Source: the human T2T-CHM13v2.0 reference genome, Homo sapiens | NCBI RefSeq assembly: GCF_009914755.1 | Contig: NC_060926.1 | Reading direction: 5' to 3' (one strand) | Length of the DNA stretch: 64,000 nucleotides | Shown here: positions 1-14,567 of the stretch, one piece after another | Layout of the letters: every line of letters starts with the position of its first letter | Numbering within the stretch: the stretch's first letter is position 1 | Notes under the pieces: generated by a model | Told to the model about the DNA's origin: nothing | Seen by the model: the letters and a program-made list of their open reading frames with translations, nothing else | Database searches by the model: none | Position numbers and translations under genes: made by a program

Positions 1-295
<295 letters not shown>

Positions 296-309
296 TAAAT
301 AATCTTTTT

Positions 310-354
310 ACACACACACACACACACACACACATACACACACACACACACACA
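310..354. repeat. (CA)n microsatellite within an MLT2-like LTR end (about 287-390)
   Basis: Direct read; the flanking ctattggttctgcttctctgg resembles an MLT2 3' end. Confidence 0.85.
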
Positions 355-392
355 TGCATCTATTGGTTCTGCTTCTCTGGTGATGCTGACCA

Positions 393-530
393 CAGCATCA
401 CCTTGGACCTTGTGAGAAAAGTGCATTTTCTTGGGCCCTGATCAGACCTACTGGATCAGAAACCCTGGGAGCGAGGCTCAGAATCTGAGTTTGGGAAAAC
501 CCTGCAGGTGATTCTGCTAAGAGTTAAGTT
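393..530. mobile_element. MER5-family hAT DNA transposon relic
   Basis: cagcatcacc...cagacctact..atcagaa...caggtgattct pattern. Confidence 0.7.
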
Positions 531-789
531 TGCTGCTTTTAAAATGAACATTAGAGAAAAGGGAGCTCAAAGTCCTTGACTTAGTTCTCTTATCTTTTAT
601 TGGAATATTCTTGGGTTTCATTGAGCACCTAATTTGGTTTCATCTACTATAAGTGGGTGTCAAACACTTGGTCTTCTAAATAGCCTGGATTTTGGGGTGA
701 GGGGGGAGTGTAGAGGGAGATGAGGGTTGAGGCAGAGTCTTGAGGATTGCCCGAGCCACACCATCCACTTCCATGTGCTAAGGGATGAC

Positions 790-1149
790 TGATATGGTTT
801 GGCTCTGTGTCCCCACCCAAATCTCACCTTGAGCTGTAATAATCCCCATGTGTCAAGGGTGGAACCAGGTGGAAATAATTCAGTCATGGGGGTGGTTTTC
901 CCCATGCTGTTCTCGTGATAGTGAGTTCTCACGAGATCTGATGGTTTTATAAGGGGCATCCCCCCTTAGCTTGGCACTCATTCTCCCTCCTGCTGCCCTG
1001 TGAAGAGGTGCCTTCCACCGTGACTGTATAAGTTTTCTGAGGCCTCCGCAGCCAGCTGTGTAGAACTGTGAGTCAATGAAAACTCTCTTCTTTATAAATT
1101 ACCCAGTCTCAGGTATTTCTTCCTAGTAGCATGATAACTGACTAATACA
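790..1149 (+). mobile_element. THE1-family MaLR solo LTR
   Basis: TGATATGGTTTGGCT...GACTAATACA termini; 5-bp TSD ATGAC. Confidence 0.93.
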
Positions 1150-2378
1150 ATGACCTTGGTTTAATCAGGCAACTTTTAGAGTCATATCTTCCTCTAGTCA
1201 GCCAGGCTGGAGCTGGCTGTTAATCTACTTGGGCACCCTCTACCATGCTCTCCTCCACTCTACCCGACTTTCCCTGTTTCTAAAACATTTTACTGCTCAG
1301 TCCAAGGCTCCTGGTTTTCTTGCTGGTTCTGTCTCCCACTGTATAGCATTCATAAACAAGTCTCTACCACTCTAGGCCTCAGTTTCCTCATCTGAAAGAC
1401 AAAAAGCTTAAGCCTGGGCTTCCAGGGAAATTGCAAGGATGGAATACGAATTGGGCGGGGGGTGGGTAGTTGTTAAAATTATATATTTACTCCCTTTTGT
1501 GGCCACGGACATCTGGAAATCATGTGTCACTAGAAGGGTGGGAAAGGCTGAGCGGACTGTGCCAGGCCCATCCACTGGACGACACGAAAGGGCTCTGGGG
1601 CAGGGCCCGGCTGCAGCTGCCAGCACCTCTGCCTGGGGCATGTGATCCTCTAGACCTATGGACGGGGAGGTGTCAGTGATGGGAGAAGCTGCCATGTGAG
1701 GTTTCCTGCCAGTCCCAATGGAGAATCACAGTGCAGGCCCTTGGGTACTGGAGTGAAGCCGTGGCCTCTGCAGTGGAGAACTAAATGCCTCTTGAACAAC
1801 TGGCATGCTTCTGGGCCCTACGATAGACTGATCACCTGAGCATGGGACACCAAGTGACCATGAAGCTGAAACTGCCCATTGTGAACTGAGTCATATCAGA
1901 ACCACCAAATCAGAGTGCAGCAGGCCCAGCTGCAGGCCATAGTGAGACAGAAGAGGCACGCCTGGAACTGGGCATGAACAGGACTGGAGGGTACAAGCAA
2001 GCAGGATCCCTGGGCAGTAGCTCCCTTAGCTCATGCCCATGGCCATGTGGGGCATCGGAAACATACAGCTGAAGGAGGAGGAAAGAGCCCAAGCTGCTTT
2101 ATGAATAGGTTCACTGGGTAGGTGATGTACCCTCAAAATGGATGGCGGCTGCATTGCAGCCTCTAACTAACAATATAGTTTAGTGCATACAGAAAGGTGC
2201 TTTTCATTCATTCATTCATTCTCTTGTTTATACATTACTTTCTTTCCTTCATTCCCTCTCTCATAAAGCACATGCAGTTTGGATGTGATGCCTCCTATCT
2301 CCCCGGGTGGAACCTGACACTTTTATTCAAGTCTTCTTTCTAGCCAGCCTTCCAGCGGCATTTAAAATGCTTATATGG

Positions 2379-2678
2379 GGCTGGGCATGGTGGCTCATGC
2401 CTGTAATCCCAGCACTTTGGGAAGTCGGAGCAAGATGACTGCTTGAGGCTGGGAGTCCAACACCAGCCTGGGCAACATGGCGAGACCCTGCCTCTACAAA
2501 AATTTTAAAAATTAGCTGGGTGTGGTGACGTGCAACTGTGGTCCCAGCTACTCGGGATGCTGGGACCACAGCCTCCTGGCAGGAGGGTCACTTGAGCCCG
2601 GGAGTTTGAGGCTGCAGTGAGCTATAATCACACCACTGCACTCCAGTCTGGGTGGCAGAGTGAGACCCTGTTTCAAAA
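2379..2678 (+). mobile_element. AluJ-like with an internal inverted insertion
   Basis: Alu dimer; extra inverted segment at 2559-2571. Confidence 0.9.
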
Positions 2679-3059
2679 GCAAATTCTTATGTGTCATTCA
2701 TTTTATAAGAAAACAAAACTCTATTCCACTTCATCCTCTATCTATTGCCCATCTCTCTTCTCTTTGTAGCCAAACTGAAGAGCACTGACATTCCTCCCCA
2801 GAACTCCTCAATGGATCTCCTCCAATCAGGCCTCCACCCCGTCCTCCCTCTAAATGGTCCCTGCCTCCCCTCTCGGTCATGCCTCCATTCTCTCTATCCT
2901 CACTGCAGCCAGCCTACTGCAGGCCAGCCCTACTCCTGCATAGATATTTGCTACGGCCTCCTAGATTATCTTCCTGAGACAATTTTTGTTTCTTGGGTCC
3001 ATCCCCACGAGACAACCAGGGTGATTTCTTGGGAGCATAAATCTCAGTATTTCACAGGC

Positions 3060-3440
3060 TGTATTAGTCTCCTAGGGCTGCCATAACAAAGTATCTGAGA
3101 CTGGGTGGCTTAAACAACAGAAATTTATTTTCTTACAACCTGGAGGCTAGAAGTCCATGATCAAGGTGCCAGCAGGTTGGTTTATACTATGGCTTTTCTT
3201 TTTGGCTTGCAGAAGGCCATTTTCTCCCTGTGTCCTCACACAGCCTTGCCTCTGTGCCGCAGCTGTCTTGGTTTCTATTCCTCTTGTTATGAGAACACCA
3301 GTCCTATTGAGTTAGGGCCCCACCCTATGACCTCATTTAACTTTAATTATCTCCTTAAAGGCTCTGTCTCCAAATACAGTCACACTAGGAGACAGAGCTT
3401 CAACATATAAACTTGGGGGCACACAGTTCAGTCCATAACA
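3060..3440 (-). mobile_element. MLT1A-like MaLR LTR inserted in an L2 relic (~2700-3870)
   Basis: TGTATTAGT..GGGCTGCCATAACAAAG...CAGTCCATAACA termini. Confidence 0.85.
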
Positions 3441-4069
3441 CATACCTACACATTTCTGTTACTCTCAGGATAGAACAAAACCCTTTATTTACATGGTCTA
3501 TAAAGCCCTGCACGACCTGGAGCCTTGCCTGTTTTCCAATCTCATCCGGTCAATTCTCGCCTTTCTTCTGTTTAATTCTCAGTTCCTCAGACATGCAGGC
3601 TTCTTGCCTCTCTAGGACCCTACTACATAATGTTTCTCTTGCCTGAAGTATTCCCGTTTACCACCCTCCCCACTCCCTCAGCTTGCATAATGCCTATTTG
3701 TTTTTGAAAATCTAGCTCACATATCTTCCTTGGGAAGTTTCCCATGGCACAAGGTCAGAGCGCCCACTTACATTTCCTCTGCACACCTGTTTTGTTCACT
3801 GTTGTGTGCCAGGCACCGAGCACAATGCACTGTATACACGAAGTGCTTAAAAAATAAGTATCAAAGAATTCACAAAGGTTGAAGGTAGTTGCCTTGTTGG
3901 ACTTCTGATAAAGAGGAGGACCAGCAGTCCTGTGAACCACCTTCTAGCCAGGAAAGCCAGGCTGATGAGTTATATCATCCTGATTTATTTAGGAAATTGC
4001 ATAGAAGACTCTAGCTAAAATCTCAAGGGTGAATGTTAAAGTTCCATCTCTGCCCAAATTGCTCAACCA

Positions 4070-4550
4070 TGGGAGACTGTTTTCAAAGACGGCAGAAGCA
4101 ATTCATCCCATGCTTCTTTGCAATGTGTCTTTCCTGCTCCTTCCGACAAGAGGGGACATCCACTTGTCTTCTCCTTAAATCTGGACTGGTCTTGTGACTT
4201 GCTTGGGCCAACAGAATTCGGTGGAAGTGATGCTATTTAATATGTGAGTTTTAGGTCCCACCTTCATCTGCTTCCGCTTGATTGGAATACTGCCCTGAGA
4301 CCACCATGTAAGGCAGCTGGGTTTACTTCTTGGAGGGTGAGAGGCCACGGGCAGTGGCATCACAGTGACCTAGCCAACAGCCAGCACCAACTTCTAGACA
4401 TGGGAGTGAGACCTTATGGGGCCTTCCTGCTCAGCCAACCTCCAGCTGAAACTAACCACACAAGAGTGCCCAGGACAGACCAACAGAGGAACCCACAGAA
4501 TTAAGAGAATAAGAAATCTTTCCTGGGTGGTTGATTACCCCAAAAAGGCT
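4070..4550 (+). mobile_element. Old MLT1-family LTR
   Basis: cttgtgacttgcttgggccaacagaat..gtggaagtgatg and ccagccaacagccagcacc-like motifs. Confidence 0.7.
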
Positions 4551-4929
4551 AATGGCCATTAGTCCTCCTGATTTCCCCATGATAAACCCATTTCCCCTCC
4601 TCTAAACAGTCACACCCTCTCCCCCGCTCTCTCACTATCACTCAGTGTGACTCATCAGAACCCTCCAAATTGTCACTGTTTCCAACTGTAGATCCAAAAG
4701 GAACACAGATGAGATAGATGATTCACAGCAGAGTCTACAGGTGTGACTCTGCAGGGTCTGGATATAAGAGCACTGTCACGGACCACATTCTTGCTGAAAC
4801 ATGACCACATTCACTCACTTAGGACATGGGGCTCCTGAAGTGGAAGCTGGAGGCAGTCACTGTGCTCATCTCATACCCCCTTGGCTACAATTTCTAAATT
4901 TGAAATGCAATCCAGAATTCTTGTCATAT

Positions 4930-5450
4930 GAAAAGTTCCTTCCTATGACACATGTACATATCCTAGAATCTCTTCCACATGCTAACACACCTATCCAATT
5001 GCAATATTGGTCATTCTGCACTGTGCGTATCAGAAAAAACTTGCAAATAGCCCAAATGTCCAACCACGGGAGGATGGATAAGTGTTACAAAATGGAATAC
5101 TATCCAGGCAAAATAAATAAGCAAGAGCTACATGTATTTGCATTGCTAATTTCATTGTAACATACCATTGAGTAGAAACAGCAAGTTGTAGAAGTTATAT
5201 ATAGTACTATTCACATAAAAGTTAAAAACATGCGAAACCCAACCAGATATTCTTTCTGATATAGTCATATGTGGTAAAGGTATAAATATATGCACGGGGA
5301 TATTAAATAACATGTTTAATAGGATTGGGGAGAGGTACACAGGAGTTTCACATGTACCTAAGTGATTTGAAATAAATGTGAGAAATTCAAAGATTGGCAA
5401 AGCTGGGTGGCTGATATTGTTATCTACATTTTTCTTATACTTGAGTCATT
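4930..5450 (+). mobile_element. Old L1M 3' fragment
   Basis: cccaaatgtcca..ggata..aatggaatactat L1M-like text. Confidence 0.6.
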
Positions 5451-6039
5451 ATAGGATAAAAAGTATAGAAGTTTCCGTTTCCCTCTTTTTACTAGCCAGG
5501 CACATTTTCCACAGGCCAATCTCTTCAACATTGCCTAGCGGAAGCCCTTCTGACCCTTGGTGGCAAAAGAGGTCCATGGTGAGCTTAGTTTTATTTACTG
5601 ACAAGAGAGCTTTTAAGTCAGGGAGGGTTTCAGAGGGCAGCAGAGAGCGTTGCCTCCAGGAAGGGCTATTTTCCCCGTATGGGCTCAGTAAATGATCTCT
5701 AATGGAGTGCATGGTTTTGGCAAGACCTCCTATACCAACTCTCCTCTAAATGCCTACCATCTTCTGATCAGCCATCCCAGCTGCTGGCTTTAAGGTACAA
5801 GGGCAAACCTTGATGAAGACCTCAGGAAATGTCCACTCATACAGACAGCACCTGTGAGAGGCCCATACAGAGGCTGTTTCAGGAAGGGAGTGGGTGGTTC
5901 ATTGAGAAGGAAAAGGAAGATGAGGGGACAATTTGGGAAACATACTTCAAGGAAGGGAGTGCACAAAATGGCATTCACTGTCCAAGAGCTCTACAGTCAC
6001 TTGTGTGTGTGAACTGGCAATTTGAAGACCCTCCACCCA

Positions 6040-6357
6040 GGCTGGGTGCGGTCGCTCACACCTGTAATCCCAGCACTTTGGGAGGCCAAAGAGGGAGGAT
6101 CACTTGAGCCCAGGAGTTTGAGACCAGCCTGGGCAACAAGCAAGATCACATCTGTTCAAAAAATCCAAAAAGTATCTAGGTGTGTTGGCGCATACCTGTA
6201 GTCCCAGCTACTTCAGAGGCTGAGGTGGGAGGATTGCTTGAGCCCAGAAGTCGAGGCTGCAGTGAACTGTGATGGCACCACTGCACTGCAGCCTGGGCAA
6301 CACGGTGAGATCCTGTCTCACAAACAAGAAGAAGAAAAAGAGGACGAGGAGGAGGAA
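6040..6357 (+). mobile_element. AluJ-like with purine-rich tail
   Basis: Alu dimer; tail turned into GAA/GAG repeats. Confidence 0.9.
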
Positions 6358-7419
6358 GAAGACCTGCTCCTTGGAGGAGTCTGAAAATAGCCATGGGAAT
6401 AGTAACAAGAGGTTTAATGCTCATCTGAACCAACCACTTGGCACATGGTTGCTGTCCACTGGCACAGATTGCTTATGGGAAGCTGGTTTCAACATTTACT
6501 GGCTGCACAAGCCTAGGCAATTTATTTCAACTCTCTAACCTTTGCTTCCTTATCTGTAAATTGTGGGGCTAAGAGTATAACACAAATAAGGTCGGATCGC
6601 TTTGGGTTCAAGCTCAGTTCCACGTTGCATTCAGAAGGCACATCATTCCAGCTCAAAAAATATTTGGAAAAGAAATGTAAATATATACAAAAAAAAAAAA
6701 AAACCTCTCCCAAGGAGATGGCAAAGGGGAGCTACAGAGCAGAACACAAAATTCCCTGAACATTCTCCTTGCCCAGCCCATTCCAGAGCTTGGTTGTCAA
6801 GGCAGCCTCTCCCCCAAATCTTCCTCCTCTCTTTTCTGCATCTCTGTGCTGGGCTGGCTCCCTCCTCTCCCTCCACTTCTCTCTTGACTCCTTCCTGGCC
6901 TTCTGGACCAGGTGCTTGCTTCTGGGACAAGCTCCAGGCCCTTTAAAAAAAATGTGCATCAATTTAGACTTTAGTCCCCTTTCAAGTCTCCTCTCCACTA
7001 AGGGCAACAAGAAAGGGCGAGGGTCGGCAGGCCAACTTGGAATCCACCCGGAAGAGGCACAAGGGGGAGGCGGCTGCTGAAAAAGGCGCTCATTATGAAC
7101 ACATTCTGTCACTAGTGACAGAAGTCAGATGAAGTTATGTTATGAAGTTAGATGAGATACTGCGTGCATCGAGACCTTAATAGGAGCTAACACATGAAGT
7201 CCCCAAATTGTTACTCATTATTCCTATTAGAATCATCATCATTAGTACTACTAGTAGTAGTTAAATATTATTTATTTATTTTATAGTATAATTTATTATA
7301 ATTCCAAGAGCATCAGCCAAAAGTTAAACAGGAGGCTGCAGTCTGCCTTCATGGTACCCAGTGCTTGATTTAACCACCACAGCCACATCATCACCAGTGC
7401 AGCAGGACACGCAGAGGGT

Positions 7420-7590
7420 GGTGTTTCTTAAACTTTAATGTTCAGATGAATCACCTGGAGATCTTGTTAAAACCCAGATTCTGATCTTGTAGGGCCTGGA
7501 CTGGGCTGGGGCCTGGATTCTGCTTTTCTACAAAGCTTCCAAGAAATGCCAGTGTTGCTGGTCCAGGACCATCACTTTGAATAATGAAAG
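7420..7590. mobile_element. MER5-family hAT relic
   Basis: gtttcttaaactt..gaatcacctggagatcttgttaaa..cagattctg..gctggtcc..accatcactttga. Confidence 0.7.
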
Positions 7591-8120
7591 CCTAATGTTC
7601 CACCAAATCCCTTCAGCTATGAAGCTCTAGGTGTACCCCTGAGGTCCCAGAGAGGACAAACCCTATGTGGACTGTGATGGGAGGGAGGAGGGGGACAAGG
7701 GCCTGGCCCTGTGGGGGCTTCAGGTCTCCAGGTGGTTGACTGACCTCCACCATGGATACAGATGCAGCCCTCCCCGTGCCTCCTGTCTGTCAGCCATGGC
7801 AGGTGCCCGTCTCATCTCTCACCTGATAACCCAGGAGAGGAGAGTGAAATTCGAGATAGCCCAACACTCACACTCACACAAATACATGTACCACACACAC
7901 AACACACCACACACACAAAAGATACACACAACACACACACAGCACAGACAACACACATAACACACATACAACTTTCTCTGAGGCTCCCAGGCTCCCACTG
8001 AATGGGAGAGGAGGTGACTGCTCGGGAGGTGGGGACATTTCTACCAAGAGTCCTGCTGTTTTCTCAAATCTATCTTCACCTCTCCACCTTTGCTCTGCCT
8101 GATAGCCAGAGAGGCCACTC

Positions 8121-8419
8121 TTTTTTTTGTTTGTTTTTGAGACAGGGTCTCACTTTGTCACCCAGGCTAGAATGCAGTGGCTCGTTCATGGCTCACTGCA
8201 GCCTCGACCTCCCAGGCTCAAGTGATCCTCCCACTTCAGCCGCCTGAGTAGCTGAGACTACAAGCACATGCCTGGCTAATTAAAATTTTTTATTTTTTGG
8301 TAGAAGCAGGGTCTCCCTATGTTGCCCAGGCTGGTGTCGAACTCCTGGGTTCAAGTAAACCTCCCATCTTGGTCTCCCAAAGTGCTGGGATTACAGATGT
8401 GAGGCATCATGCCTGGCCT
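8121..8419 (-). mobile_element. AluJ-like
   Basis: Antisense Alu dimer. Confidence 0.9.
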
Positions 8420-8847
8420 AGGCCTCCTAATCTGAAGCCTGCTTCCCTCCTTCGTCCCTCTGTGAGCCATCCCCAACACAGCTGCCACCTCATGGAACAA
8501 AACATGTCACCTCCTTCTTAAAACCTTCAGTGGAGGAACATATTTACATAAAAAAACTCACTGACTCCCTTTTCCCTCAATTTAAATTGTTTACCTTCTC
8601 TACAGAAAAGAGTAAACATGGTAGGCCTCACTGCCTGTTCTTAGGAAGCCCTGCTTCATAAGAAGCACGTTGGTTCTTGCCTGGAGTTTGGAACAGTTCT
8701 CACCAGGAACCGACAAGAGTGGCTCGCTGTGCCTAAATTGTTTGTCTAAACAATATGGTTTATGCTGAACACCTGCCTTCCTTCTGAAAGTCTGGAATTT
8801 GGGTACATGCCAGGCAGAAGGTACCTATTTGACCACCCCTGAATTAG

Positions 8848-9198
<351 letters not shown>

Positions 9199-9527
9199 GA
9201 GAGAGGTTTATTTTAAGGAATTGGTTCATGATTGTGGGAGCTGGCAAGTTCAGAACCCGTAGGGCAGATTGGCAAGCTGGAAATTCCGAGCTGTTGTTGC
9301 AGCCTTGAGCCCAAATTCTGCAGCTGGAAGCTCAGGCAGGGTGTCTATGTAGCAGTTTTGGGAAGAATACCCCCTTCTTATTAGGGAAACCTGAGTCTTT
9401 ACTCTCAAGACCTTCAACTAATTAGAAGAAGCCCACCCTCATTATAGAGCATAATCTTCTTTACTCAAAGTATTTGAGTAATTTAAATGTTAATCAAATC
9501 TAAAAAACACTTTCATAGCAATATCTA

Positions 9528-9903
<376 letters not shown>

Positions 9904-10384
9904 TCAGCACAGCCACCCAAGAAAAATCCTAGGCATCGATTCCTCTTGGTTGGCAATGTTCTACATGGGTTGTCACAACTCATTGCTGGGGTAATTAGCA
10001 TGTCCTGTGTGATGCCACTGGGAAAGAACTCAGGATTCTCGAGAAGAACAATTTCGCTTGCACTTGACTTTCCCCAGACTTCATCTGTGTGCCTTTCCCT
10101 TTGCTGCTTTTGCTTTGATCCTTTTGTTGTAATAAATCATAGCTGTGAGTACACCTACATGCTGAGTTCTATGCATCCTTTTAGCAAATCTGCAAAATGA
10201 GGGGTGGTCTTGCAGACTCCAGATTTATCTTCAGGTGAGCCTCCCCATTTCCAGTAACTGCCACCTTATACCCCACATTCCCACCGTACTGAGCTGCCTA
10301 GTACCTGGATACGCATACCTCCATATCTAGAATGCCCTCTCTTCTCTTGGATGGCTAACTTCCATGCAGCCGTCAGGAACTCAG

Positions 10385-10885
10385 CTTGCTTTGGTTATCC
10401 ATTGCTGTGGAACAAGCGATCCCAAAACATAGTGGTTAAGACAGCAACAGTTCATTATTTCTTATGATTCTGTAGGTTGATTCAGGCAGTTCTTCTTCCC
10501 ATGGGGTTGGCTGCGGTTTTAGGGTGGAGGGTTCAAATGGCCCCAGAGTTGGTGGTAGTTGGTGCTGGCCACCTGCTGATAGCTTAGCTGAGGCTATGAG
10601 TCAGGGGCCCAATTCTCCTCAATATGGGTTTCTTCACATGGCTAATTGAGTCTCCTGAAACCATGGTGGGTATTCTCCAGGAAGAAGCATTTCAAAAGAG
10701 CAAGCCCCAATGTGCAAGTACTTATCAAGCTTCAGCTTGCATATCCATGCAATGAATGCTGATGTTCCATTGGCTAAGCTAGTTACATGGCCAAGCTGAA
10801 GATCATCACGGGAAAGAACTATGCCAGGAGATGAACACTGGGGGGTGCAGCTCATAGAGGGCCACGAATGTGCAATGTACCACAT
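10385..10885 (-). mobile_element. Old MLT1-family LTR inside an L2 relic
   Basis: ttatccattgctg..aacaa..cccaaaacatagtggttaa start pattern. Confidence 0.65.
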
Positions 10886-11369
10886 AGTACAAGCCTTCAC
10901 TGACCTCCTTAAGCCCCTTCCCAGTGCGTACTCATTACAATACTTGCCACACTCAGTTGAAATAGTTTAATTGTTGAGTATTGTGCTTCTATTTATGGAC
11001 TGGAGCTCCATATTTATGGACTGGAGCTCTTCTGAGAGCAGGGTCTGTACCTAATTTATTCCAGTATCCCATTCCTGACCCAGACTGTGTTTGCAGAATG
11101 AGTGCTTGAATCAGAGCAGCAACTATCATCACCCACCTCGTATTTGCCAGGTTCAAGCCCTGTCTCTACCTTATTTAGGCTTAGGACATTCAATAGCTGT
11201 GAGATGCCAACTATACACAGTCCCTAAGCTCCTTAAAGCATGGCAGCCTGTCCCATGCTTTACAGAAGCATAGCCTGTCCCTGCTATAGAGAAGGCACCT
11301 ACCAGGCATTAGTGGAATGAATAAATGAATGAGCGAACTTTCTAGGCATGTCGTTGAGATTTCCAAGCT

Positions 11370-11893
11370 ATAAGACCATTCGATCCAGCAATCTCGCCAC
11401 TGGGTATCTACCCAAAGGCAAGTTACCTGCACTCTTAAGTTTATCACAGCATTGTTCACAATAGCAAAGATGTGGAATCAACCTAAGTGTCATCAGTGGA
11501 TGGTGGGATAAAGAAAAGGTGGTGTACATACACAATGGAATACAACTCACCCATTAAAATGAAAAAAAATAAAACATGTATTTTGAAGCAACATACATAG
11601 AACTAGAGGCCATTATTTTAAGTGAAACAACTCAAAAAGCCAAGTACTGCATGTTGCCACTTATAAATGGGAGGTAAATAATGTGTACATATAGACATAG
11701 ACTGTGGAATAATAGACATTGGAGACTTGGAAGGGTGGGAGCGGGTGAGGGATAAAAAATTGCTTGATGGGCACAATGTACATTATTCAGGTGATGGTTA
11801 CACCAAAAGCCCAGACCTCCCCACTACACACACAATATATCCATGTAACAAAACTGCATCTGTACCCCTTAAAGTTATACAAATTTTAAAAAT
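11370..11893 (+). mobile_element. L1MA-family 3' end
   Basis: gatccagcaatc..ctgggtatctacccaaag; 3' UTR ggtgatggttacaccaaaagcccagac..atccatgtaacaaaactgca. Confidence 0.85.
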
Positions 11894-12779
11894 GCATCAA
11901 CTGCTTTCTTAAACATACACTGTGATGAAGCTGAGCAGAAATCACATGACCCCACAGTCCACAAATAAAGCAGGTCTATCAAAGAGCTGTCAACGAAAGA
12001 GATTTTCTGTCCTCTCCTTTCCAGTTGAGGACCCTGAGGAAGGAGAGTTGCCCTTGCTGTGCCACGTTCTGCTGAGCAGCCCGGCTGGAGCAGAAGCACA
12101 GGGTCCTCCCACCAATGCGTCCTCTGCTCCCCTATTTCCTGGTCTTGGGCAGTGGCTCCTAATATAGGTTCTGTCTCATGCTATAAACAGCTACAGACAC
12201 ATCTTCAGTAGTAACGCACTGGAGTGTGGAAATCAATTGTGAATTAAACTCCTCCCTATTGCAATATTCTGACATCATAAGAGAACACAAGTGAATCATC
12301 CCTGTGTAAATATACTTTGATTAGATCATTTGCTTTCAAGGCTAAAAAAAGGGAGGAGAAAAAACTGGATGTTCTGTTCCCCTCTGGATAGGCATTGGGG
12401 GTAAGATTTTCCGCCCCTCTGTGTGGTAACCCCCCTCAGCTGGAATAACAACTTCTTACTTAAGACCACATTCCTCTAGGTTCCATTCTTTGAAATATTT
12501 CATTCTTTGGACCTCAGTTTAAGCAACTAAAATAAAAGATGGTCTTGAATAATAAAACTAAACAAAAGAATGTGTTTGCTTTATTAAAGGGATTTTTTTC
12601 ACTTTATGAAAGGACTGACAGTATTATTTTCAGCAGGTGAGATCCCCCTTGATCTGTTCAAAATGAAAATGAAATTCATCTAGTTCAGGAGCTATGGACT
12701 GGTTCTGTTGGCCAAATCTAGCCTGCGCTGCCCATGCATTTTCTCTCTTTTTCTTTCTCTCTCTCTTTCTTCTTATATC

Positions 12780-12912
12780 TTGTTTAAAGAAATAGAGACA
12801 GGGTCTGGCTATGTTGCCCAGAATCGATCCCGAACTCTTGGGCTCAAGCGATCCTCTCACCTCGGTCTCTCAAAGTGCTGGGATTACAGTAATGAGTCAC
12901 AGTGCCTGGCCG
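12780..12912 (-). mobile_element. Alu monomer (FLAM-like)
   Basis: Single antisense left-arm sequence. Confidence 0.8.
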
Positions 12913-13554
12913 CCTGTGTATTGTTTGAACAACACAGTAGTTGATTTTTAAATTCTGAGCTTCTATAGCTGCATTATGACATGTTCTCCAGTTCTTCACA
13001 AATGCTGCCACTACTTGATGTCTCACACACAGTTGTTACCTGCAGGACCCCTGAGTTTTACCTCTCATTTTACAAATGGGGAAACTGAGACCTAGAAAGG
13101 ACGGTTTGCTCAAGGTCGTGAAGCTAGGACATGCCAGGGCTAAAAAGCAAGTCTCCAGCTCCCTGGCACAAGACTCCCTCCCTTCTGCTCACTGCATCTC
13201 CACACCACTTTCTTGTAGCTTTCGTTAAATTAATAAAAGTGCAATTTCAGCATACGCCACTAAACTGGCAAGCATTTGCAGGGGTGGATTTTGTAGCGAC
13301 AGCACTTACCCAATGGGAAGTTGTTGCAACCTTCCTCTTTCCTTTCTGTCCTCCCAATTCTCAGGGTTGGAGGAACCTCACACTTTGCTGTCATCAGGCA
13401 AACCTCATGCATGGGCAAGGAGCATCATTTTTCTACTTCTACCCATCACAGCTTCTCCTTTCTATCAAACCACACAAGCAGAATCTTTCTCCATATAAAA
13501 TCCACACAGTAAATGTTTCAGATGGTACAAATGGGCTTGTCTTTCATTTTGAAT

Positions 13555-13866
13555 TTTTTTTTTTTTTTTTTTGAGACAAGACCTCACTCTGTAGCTCAGG
13601 CTGGAGTGTGGTGGCGTGATCATGACTCGTTGCAGCCTCAACCTCCTGGGCTCAAGTGATCCTCCCACCTTAGCCTCTCAAGTAGCTGGGACCACAGGTG
13701 CATGCCACCATGCCCAGCTAATTTATTTATTTATTTATTTATTTATTTATACAGATGAAGTCTGCCTATGTTGCCCAGGCTGGTCTCAAACTCCTGGGCT
13801 CAAGCAGTCCTCCCACCTTTGCCTCCCAAAGCGCTGGAATTACAGGCATGAGCCACTGCACCCAGC
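13555..13866 (-). mobile_element. AluJ-like with (ATTT)n linker
   Basis: Antisense Alu dimer. Confidence 0.9.
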
Positions 13867-14567
13867 AAAGCTTTTCTTTCTGGAAAAATCCTACTTGTTA
13901 TTCAAGGCACTGTTCAAATGTTGCGTCCAGTGGGAAGCCAACTCCACTATTCATTTACATATTTTTAACATCATGTAGCATAGCGTGGGGTGTGCGGTGT
14001 GTGGGCCTACTTGCCTCCTCACCTTTCCCTCCTTCAGCTCCCCTTGTCTACTCTGTCCCCTCCATCTTTGTTTACTGACTTGAATTGAGAGGATTGAGGC
14101 TCATAGAAGACTTCCTGAAAACAATCCACACCCACCACTTTTCTACCAAAATTGAACAAGGACTAGATTTTGATTCTCTTTTTTGGAAAGGAAAATAGGT
14201 CACCATGCAAAAAGGCCCAAGCAGCTTCTCCTGTTCAAGAAAATGCTGTCTGGTGTTGGGGATGAGTTGGAGAGCTTTGGGGAGGGAGTTGCTATAGGGG
14301 AGGAGCTGAAAAGGACAGAGGTGGCAGGTATAGAAAGCAATCAGTCAATGCAAGAGGGCAGTCTCCAAATTGCTCCAAACCTCAGTGTTCATCTGTATCT
14401 GAACCTCTCTGAAACCCAGTGATGAGCTTAGGACAAATGAAAAGAAGTCTTACCAGCAGAAAGATGAACGAATTTTAGGGGACTCATGTCAGCACTGACT
14501 CTCCCTTGGGAGGATGGTGGCTGAAGGAGGAGCCAGGGAGCCATCTGAACTTGTAGACATTTTAGCC

